A DNA stretch of 64,000 bases from assembly GCF_009914755.1 (NCBI RefSeq), contig NC_060942.1; one strand, written 5' to 3'. The stretch is from the human T2T-CHM13v2.0 reference genome, Homo sapiens. A model generated the notes under the pieces. The model had not been told where the DNA came from. It saw only the letters and a program-made list of their open reading frames with translations, and searched no databases. A program made the translations under genes and the position numbers. Below are positions 54,862 through 64,000 of the stretch, one piece after another (within the stretch, counting starts at the first letter, position 1; every line of letters begins with the position of its first letter).

Positions 54862-54993
54862 GACTTCATGACTAGTCAGGTGGAATTAGAGAAGGAAGAG
54901 CTCATAGAAGCTGCAGTTAGGCTTTGAAGATCTCCAGCCTGATTCTGTAGTGTATTGATTCAAAAGAACAAAACCAAAGATCTCATGAAGCAG
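54862..54993 (+). other. Candidate 132-nt non-coding exon
   Basis: ttattctgtatctccttatAG| acceptor and CAG|GTAAGC donor; stops in all three frames. Confidence 0.35.
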
Positions 54994-55192
54994 GTAAGCC
55001 TTTATTGTTCTAAAGAATTAGACATGATTGTCCTTGCTAGAGTGAAGACTCAAGGTCTCATCAAGGGGAAAGCATGTCTAGTGTGTCTTCATAAATGCTA
55101 TATCCTGGTGTATTAATATCCTAACATTTCTTCTGCTTAGTTTTTAGCTGTTGGGAACCGTTTAGATGGCATTAAGCTTTATCTTCTTTCAT

Positions 55193-55781
55193 TGCATTAG
55201 GATTCTGGTTAACTATTTCTGTGTACCAAGCCACCCCAAAAGTTAATAGCTTAAAATAACAATTTATTATATGGTTGGTGCAAAAGTAATTGTTGTTTCT
55301 GCCATTACTTTTAACGGTGCAGTTGAAACTGCAATGAATTTTGCACCAACCAATAATAACCTCATGGTTCTGAGGGCTGACTGAGCTTACCTAGACAGTT
55401 CTTGCTGAAAGCCTCTCATGTGGTTGCAGTCAGACAATAGCTGGAGCTGGTATCATCAGAAGGATGGAGTGGTCTAGATATCCAAGATAGCTCTCTAACA
55501 GGGCTAGGAGTTGATGCTCGCTATCAGCTGGGATCTGAGGCTATCTACAGGAACACCTATACATGGCTACTACATGAATGTTGGGCTCTCAGTGTTGGCA
55601 TTAGATTCACAGTGTCACTTCTGCCATATTATATTGGACAACATAGTCACTGGCCCTGGATCACCCAGATTCAAAGGGGTAAAGAAATAGACTTGATGGA
55701 GGAGCAGCAACATCACACTATAAAAGAGTGTGAAACAGGAAACATTGCTTTGCTCACGTTTTGAAAATGTATTCTTCCACA
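55193..55781 (-). mobile_element. Old MaLR LTR (MLT1H/I-like) with nested MADE1
   Basis: ccaccccaaaagttaatagcttaaaataac, tctcatgtggttgcagtcagac, cacagtgtcacttctgccatatt. Confidence 0.75.
55270..55353. mobile_element. MADE1 (Hsmar1 MITE)
   Basis: ggttggtgcaaaagtaattg...ttttgcaccaacc TIRs; about 80 bp. Confidence 0.92.
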
Positions 55782-56499
55782 ATTATTGGCATATAATCTT
55801 TGGGTTGCTAAACTTTTAGATAACATATGCCAAGAACTAGCCAAGTCCTCCATATTTTACAGCCTCTCTACTTGTCTTTTAGAGCTCTTTCTGATTATAT
55901 GCTCTGCTCCTTAAATATTCTGGGCTCTCATGTTCCCTTAATTCTCATTTTTCAGCCTTTTCCCCTATCAAAACTCTCCTATTTTGTGCTCCACTTTTTC
56001 AGGATCAGTTTCTCTGCTGGGTAATTATGGGTAATGTGAGATGTTTAACTTTCATTTTCTGTATTGGCATCTCTGTGCAGGTGTCTGCTGATAAAATTAG
56101 GTTCCCAGGATATGTGGTACAACATGAACACATAATTTTCATTACTGGCTAATATTTTGGCTATGGATGGCTATAAAGAACTTAGTTTTATAGTGTGAAA
56201 ATGTCAAGAAAATGCCCTTAGTCATTCAGTTTTAATGCCTGGAACAAGGCCAGGCATAAGAAGCCAGGTTATTTTATTTCTCTTGATCTAGGTTGTGGCT
56301 TTGCTGGCCTTACATAGCCTTTCAGAGGTGTAGCTGCCCTTCCCAGGCAACTCCTATCCCCGGAGGGGACACACATGTATACAACGAAAGATATTCACTA
56401 TAGATACATCAGATCTACTTATATTTCCTTAATGTCTCCCAAAAAGTTACCATCATTAGTCTTGGAGAATGAAGTAGGTAACCATTTCAAAGGACAAGA

Positions 56500-56712
56500 C
56501 AGTTTGTATAATGGTTAAGGACCAGACTTGGAGGCAGAGGTCCTGAGTTTAAATCCAAGACCTGTAACTTAATATATGAAGGTTAGGCAGCTCACTCTAC
56601 TTCAGTTTCCTCAACTGTAAAATGAGGGCAGTGATAGCACCTACCTCAAAAAACTGCTGTGAGAATTGTACATACCTGGCATGCAGCAAGTACTATAAGT
56701 ATTTGCTATTAT
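56500..56712 (+). mobile_element. MIR
   Basis: cttcagtttcctcaactgtaaaatgagg...gcacctacctca...tgctattatt. Confidence 0.85.
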
Positions 56713-57449
56713 TCCTATTTTGTCATTGGCTACTTTTGAAGGATCTCCATACTATTAGAGAAGAGTAATAGACTGTGTGATCAATAAGAGATGAAATGAT
56801 AGACATCCTTTTGGTGTGTTCACTGGTTAATGTGTTGCCCCTTCCAGGGAATATAATGCTGTAAAAACCATCATTGTATCAATATTCTCCTGCTGGGTCC
56901 ATGGCTCCTTAAGGAGGAGAGCATATGGTAGAATTTCAGGCACCATAGGAGGTCAATGAGGGGAATATTTTTGTTGAAGGAGAAAACTCTTTTAAAGTTG
57001 CCAATTACGTCTACCCATTGAGTCAGCTATACTCCTTAAGTATAAAAATAAAATTATTTGTATGTTTCTATTTTTCATTGTAAAGTTTTATGTTTTTTTA
57101 ATTGTTAAAAATTCCTCAATGTCAAACCATTCCAAAAGGTTATAACTCCCAAAATGTTAAAAATCACTGACTAGAGATAAATTGTAATTCAAAGCCCATG
57201 ATCCCATAATCAGGGAAAATTTGTAGGCTCCAAAAACTAGTAAGATGATAAGACTAGGTTCAAAAATATGTATTATTCTAAGGCATATTCTGACCTGGAT
57301 AATTACTAAGAAGCTCAGAAGAAAAACAATTACATATCAACACAATTGCTATCCAAAAACAAACAAAAACCATAACTAATACCAAAAAAGAATAGCAAAA
57401 TATATTTTTAGCACCTACTCCATTAAAAGACCTAGTCTCTTTTCATAAG

Positions 57450-57600
57450 AGACCTATAAGATTTTACTAATTCAATTTTATATTGGAAGAAGTGAAGGCT
57501 TGAAGAAATCAAGCAACTTGCCCAAGTCCTGCAGGTGGTAGCTTTATATGCCAAGAGTCAAATTCAGATATCTCTAGCTCCGTGCTCAAACTCTGAAACT
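57450..57600 (-). mobile_element. MIR fragment (source of a 53-bp duplication)
   Basis: aagcaacttgcccaagtc. Confidence 0.6.
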
Positions 57601-57619
57601 CCAACCTCTGTTCACACAT

Positions 57620-58110
57620 TCAGTGCTCACAACACAAGTCCTGGCTTTTCATGTTGGCAGGAGAGGAGCTCCATAGTTAATCCTAAAATGCTTTTCTGCC
57701 TCATCTTTGTTCGTCACCCTAGACCAATTCTCTATTCCAGCTGGGGCAGTCTTCTCACTGACCTTGTTATCTGTTGTGCCTTACTGTGTCCTCTGGACCT
57801 TCAGGTTTCACACCTGTAATACTCTCCTGTTCTCCGCTCTGCTGATTTAAACCTTGATATTCCTCAGAACATTCTTAATGTAATCAGCTTCACACATCTT
57901 CCCCTGGGCTCCCAAATTCAGTGCAATTACCTGTCTGCTGGACTTCCTGTGTCATTGCTGGAGTTTCGTATGCCCGACATCATAGTTTCCTTTTGTTTCT
58001 GTGCAGTATACAGCTTGCCTCCCTGAATAGGGCAGGGTCTTATGCCTCCTCTTACAACTTTTATCTAACACATGGTAAGCCCTCAATAAATGCTAGGTAA
58101 TTGACTAATG
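57620..58110 (+). mobile_element. L2 3' fragment
   Basis: gggcagggtctt...cacatggtaagccctcaataaatgct. Confidence 0.55.
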
Positions 58111-58240
58111 ATCTGTTTTGTGACAAAAAAAAAAAAGCCTTTGGTTGAGTAGTCTGTCGTTTGTTACAGAATTTCACAAGAGAGAATAAGTCCTTGAAAA
58201 TAAAAGTGATTGAGAAGAGTTAATAGAAAAGTCTTCCTCA

Positions 58241-58470
<230 letters not shown>

Positions 58471-58824
58471 TCAGAAGAGAAAATTTCTCCTTCTCCTTTG
58501 CAGAAAATGCCACTGTAGTGCAAAAACTTTAAAAATGCAAACATTTTTAAAGAAAACAAAAACTTTATAAATGCAAAGTTCAGCATAAATACATGTGACC
58601 TACACATGTTGTTGCTGTTATATAGTGCTCAGATTAGGCAAAGAAATTGAATCAATACTGGGGAGAAAAGAAGTACATTGACAGGTCTTTTCCAGATAGC
58701 CTGCAAGATTCCCATGATGAGAATAAAAACTATGGCCAAGGAAATCAATAAAGAAAAAAAGTTACCCAAAGTCAGGTCTAATAATTTGAAGAATTTTACA
58801 TGCTTCAGCTAGATTCTCAGAGAC

Positions 58825-58877
58825 ATCAAACAACTTGTCCAAGTTCTGCAGGTGGTGGCTTTATATGCCAAGAGTCA
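58825..58877 (+). repeat. 53-bp duplicate of 57508-57560
   Basis: 49/53 identical, ungapped. Confidence 0.92.
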
Positions 58878-60759
58878 CCCAGATGAGTGTGTTACTCTTC
58901 ATGCAGTGAGACATGGGCTTGCATTTACTCTGTGACAAAAGTTCATTATCTAGGAAACAAAGAAACTGAACTGAACTGAACAATCGCAAACGTTAGTTTG
59001 AGCCATTTTAAATTCTTTGGCTTCAAACAGGGTAATCCTAAAGGACTAAAGTAGGGAAACTTTGTAACTGGTGACCTCTTATTTTTCTAGAATTCACCTT
59101 CCCCACCCTGCCCCTCTTCTAACCTTCCCAAGGCAGAAAATATTGTCATGTTCCCCTCTGGTTTATCACTAACAAATCTATATCTTTATATTACAGCTTG
59201 CAACCTCTTTCTTGGGTATTATCTTATATGGCCTTCACAAGTTCATGTTATACAGAAACAAAGTCCTTTTGCAGATGTTCAGTTTCAGGGAGGTTAAGAA
59301 ACTTACCACAGGCTTTGATGTGTTGGGGCAGGTAGTTGTACCTCCGGTACTTTTTTCTTTCCCTGGGCCATGCTCTCTCTCAGGGGCTAACAATGTAGGT
59401 GATTCTCCAAACTGATCTGATATTACTGAGCCTATGTCCCACAGCTTTGCTATCTGTTCTTCTTCATTACTTAAAGAAGAACTCTACTCAAGTTCCTCAT
59501 TTAAACAGGATGCCTAGCTCTACTAAAATCTCGGCATGAAACAATAACGTCTGTCTTAATCGATGACTGAAAGAAATTTCCTCCCATAAATATCAAATAG
59601 AATGTCAAAGTCAACCCACTAGGCCTAGGGAGGGTAACAGTGAAAATTTTAAGTTTCAGGGCCTGATTAAGAAGAAAAATAGGTAGGACTGAAAGACATA
59701 TAGGTTTATATTTTCTTTAAAAACCTCCAAATATTGCTGTCTTCAATGAACACACAGTGGCAGGAGTTGAGGATGGTTAGCAGTGGAAATTCAACAGATG
59801 TAAAAGGAAAAAGTTGTATCTTTAAGATTAGATAGACATATAGATAGAGTGGTAGATATATATGTACATGTAGATTTCTTTCAAGTTAGGCAAGTTATAA
59901 ATTGAATGTACAATTTATAATTCAGCAGCATGTAGTCAAGTTCTAAACTGCAGGGATGAAGTGCTGAGTGAGGAGCTGAAAGAAGGAGTAAAGATCACTA
60001 ATAGAATGCAGGTTTAGGAAGGGGATTTGAGCCCAGCTCTGAAGGATGTCTAGGCTTTATACGTGGGAAAGTGGAGACAACACTAGTGCTGGAGCTGACA
60101 GTTAAAGTGCACGCAAAATTTCTGTCGAAAACTACACATATGATCTTCACCTAATTTTCTTCCTCTTACCCGAAGATGGAAGAGTGAATCAAGGTGTAGA
60201 AAAAGGAAGAGAATAATATGACCCTGATATCACGAAGACTTTGTCTGAAAGCAATAAGGAAGAAATCTTAGTAGACAGGGAGAGACTGCTGTCACATGTG
60301 TTAAACTACAATTTCCCAAGTAATACTGCTTTTCAATTTGTGTTTTATCTCTTCCCTTGAGTCCCACCACAGTGCCAGGCCCTGGGATGCTCTAGTCTTG
60401 AAACACTTCAGAGCAACAGTTTTAGTGCACCCCAGGGAGGCAGCTAAATGCTAGCACATCTGTGCATTTTATAGAAACCGAAGCATAGGCAAATTGGTTT
60501 TTTTGGGGAGAGGAGGAGGGATGTCCGACTTTCTTTTACCTTCACAAGACTCTTTGAATACAATCCACTTCATAGCCCATATGGCTTGTGTATATGGATG
60601 GACATAACAATTCAAACATTTTCAGAAATAGGTAGAAGTATCACTAAGGACTTGGAAGAGTCCAATTTCCTTACTTTTCATCACTGACACTCTTCAGTTT
60701 TCATTTCTCTTTGCCAGTATTTGGACATATATATTTTTTCTTATCTCTTTTAACACTAA

Positions 60760-61380
<621 letters not shown>

Positions 61381-61949
61381 GCTTCTTTCTTAAAATGTAA
61401 AAATCTGTAGAACTATAAAGTGAGAAAGAGCTTATAATCTGCCATAGCAAGTCTTTATAGAAGAGGCTGAAAGTGAAATATTGTTCAATTTAATAATGGA
61501 ATAGTGGTGGCATGCTAGTCCTGAATTCTTTCCTCCTGCCCCACCATTACATGGTGTTTCTCAGGATAGGACAAAAAGTAACAGCCAAGTGCTTACAGCT
61601 CAAATGAGGATCAAGCACCACCCTTAAATTATTTTTTTTAAATAAATAGGATTATAATGCTCTTAGGATGGGAAGACACATTTGGAGGTGTATTTAACTG
61701 GGGGAGGGCATAACTGAAATTCCCTAAGCAGATCTAGAGGCATATGGTGGGGATAAAAAGGGACGGTTCAGGGACTGATGTTTATGGCCAACTTTTGGTT
61801 TCAGCCTCTAAAGGGAAAAGGTAAATGAATCTTTGAAGTTTCCTTCTAAAATTCTCAGACTGGCTTAATCAGGAAAAGCAGGGAAACAAGTTCCACGGCC
61901 CAAAGTTTTGCTCAAGAACAAAGTGTTCTTGCTAAAACATCTTTCGGTG

Positions 61950-62160
61950 TCATGATTAAGAACATGACCTCTGTGGTGAGACTGACATGAATTCAAATTG
62001 TGACTCCTGGATCTGTGTGATGTCTGTACATCCCAGTTTCTCCAGCCGATGTGTGACCAACAGTACCTATATTTTAACTGGGAATTGTAAAGAAGAAAAT
62101 GAGAGGGCAGTTGCCAAGAGGCTTACTAGCCACTGACCAACATGATGTAATTCGCAAACT
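61950..62160 (+). mobile_element. MIR fragment
   Basis: gattaagaacatgacctctg...gaattcaaattgtgactc...cccagtttctcc. Confidence 0.5.
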
Positions 62161-62897
62161 AATTCATAATGCAGGGTCATAATAATGAGCTGCTGAATGA
62201 TATGCTAGCAAAAAGAAGACGAACCTCCCTAAGGAGTTAGAAAAGAAATCAGAGAAAAGCTGGAGTGTGTTTGTGTGTTTGCATGTGTGTATGAATGAAT
62301 GATGTTTGAACAATTACAAAAGAAAAGGAGGACCCTAGGGATTGACAGGCAGGATGGTAAATGATAGATGAAGTTTCCAGAAACGGAAGTAGGAGATCAG
62401 TGGGTACAAACCAAATTTGAGAGAGTGGGCAGCATGCTGGGAATCCCAGTTAAGGCATCTTTCTTTGACCTTATGAAAGAAAAAATTCTGTTTTAAATTG
62501 AAAAACTATACTTTGTTTTATTAACTATTATTATTATTATTATTACTGTTTAATTAATTTCCAGGTTCTTTATCAAGAAGATACTTTTTGTTTTTTCCAC
62601 TTTACGAAGGTAAATCAGAATAAATACCTGCCTCCAACCAATGAAATGTTAATTCATGTACTTAGCAGATAAATCACTTTAGTGTTGGCCTAAACTCTTC
62701 ACCCTAGCATCCCCAGACCCCCTCACTGGAGAACACGAATTAATGAGCTACATAAAACCCTGCAACATTGTATTCTCAGTGTGGGCTTATGAGACAAATA
62801 CCCAAGTAAAAGGTGAAAACAAGAAAATATTTAGCAGGAAGTTTAATTCTGTCTGAGGGATTAAAAATCGCTGTGTTAAGGCTCAACTGTTCTGTAG

Positions 62898-62935
62898 AGC
62901 CACACACCTGGGGACCCTGAGACCTGAGAGCTAAG
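62898..62935 (+). other. Candidate exon end with a consensus splice donor
   Basis: AAG|GTAAGT at 62933-62941; possible acceptor ctgttctgtAG at 62897. Confidence 0.25.
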
Positions 62936-64000
62936 GTAAGTAAAGCCCTTTGGTTGGTGGTGAAAAGAATGAACAAGCAAGATTCTACTAGTTCTCAAGA
63001 GCTGTTATGAAATCCAAAAAAATGGTTCTTGGAATTTCAGGCTGTTGGCCCTCTGTTCTCTACTGAAAGATATCCCGTTGCAGCTAGGCAGTCCACTTTC
63101 TTCCTGCATGTTTTGGTACCAAGAAATGGTCTCTAATTTGTGCACACTGTTGGCCATAAATAGCTGATGGTTTGTACACACCATTTCAATTTCATTATAA
63201 TGCTTTTCAAATTTTCATTCTTTGAAATTTTTAAGTTTTCATTCTTAAGTGAGCCATCAAAGCCTTATAATGCAGAAGAGTGAGGGGAAAAGATTTGGTG
63301 TTTTAATTTTAGACAGCAGTTGTCAGTTTGGAGAGAAAACATTTGAGGAGGTAGGTGAGAGAGATAGGGAAAGAGAGCCAGGGAATGTGTTGGGCCACTA
63401 AAGCCAGGCCAACCACAAATACATTCACCATGGAGAAGTAAATCTGACCCTCAATTCCATCTATCTACATGACAACTGTTCTCCTTCAAATGGTGGTTCA
63501 CGTTCATATAATAAAAACATCTAAGAAATGGGGCTGAATGTGTCTTACTTCAATGTTTATGAGAGTGTTCTGGAAGGAATTTTTTCTCCAATATATAAGA
63601 ATTCAGCATGCCTAGCAGAGAGGATTTGGTAAGGGGCAGAGAGAAGCATTTTTTGTCATTATGTTAATGTACCATCCCAGCTTCACTATTGATGCCAACA
63701 GCCCTCAGGATGGGAGGTTTTCTCTCACTCCCAGGTCAATTCCTCTGCGTGTGTTGCACAGAGAGTCCCCTTCAACAGGGAGCCTTGACTCGTGAACATA
63801 GACCTATATACGGGGCCATTCCCACGCACATAAGAAACAGTAATCTCAGGACTGTTTCCTATTTTTTATATTTCAAATCCAGGCTGTGGGTTTTTCAGTT
63901 GGAGCTATTTGATTTCATTCAGGGACAGCAGTGTAAGGGAAGCTGGAAAACTGTTCCACCAGGCTTCAAGCATATGCCTGGATTTGTTTACCATAAACAA

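Overview
Primate (most likely human) AT-rich, CpG-depleted genomic DNA of intronic or intergenic type. There is no CpG island and no protein-coding gene I can recognise. Roughly half the window is interspersed repeat: L1 of several ages (two with twin-priming 5' inversions), about 11 Alus, ERV1/ERVL/MaLR solo LTRs, Tigger/hAT/MADE1 DNA transposons, and MIR/L2/L3 relics, often nested. The ORF-track entries are repeat-derived or look like chance ORFs. The most notable items are: (1) a TSD-flanked, poly(A)-tailed 85-nt Alu-monomer-derived SINE at 12467 resembling the snaR-related ASR/CAS family; (2) a perfect 20-bp p53 response element in a MER61-type LTR; (3) a cluster of plus-strand exon candidates at 10.8-12.3 kb, with others at 54.9 and 62.9 kb, suggesting a spliced non-coding or 5'UTR transcript; (4) three short non-tandem local duplications and several AT-rich inverted repeats; (5) DUX4-type motifs in MLT2A and THE1 LTRs. 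Repeat family and subfamily names come from recalled consensus sequences, not a database search. Boundaries of old repeats are approximate.
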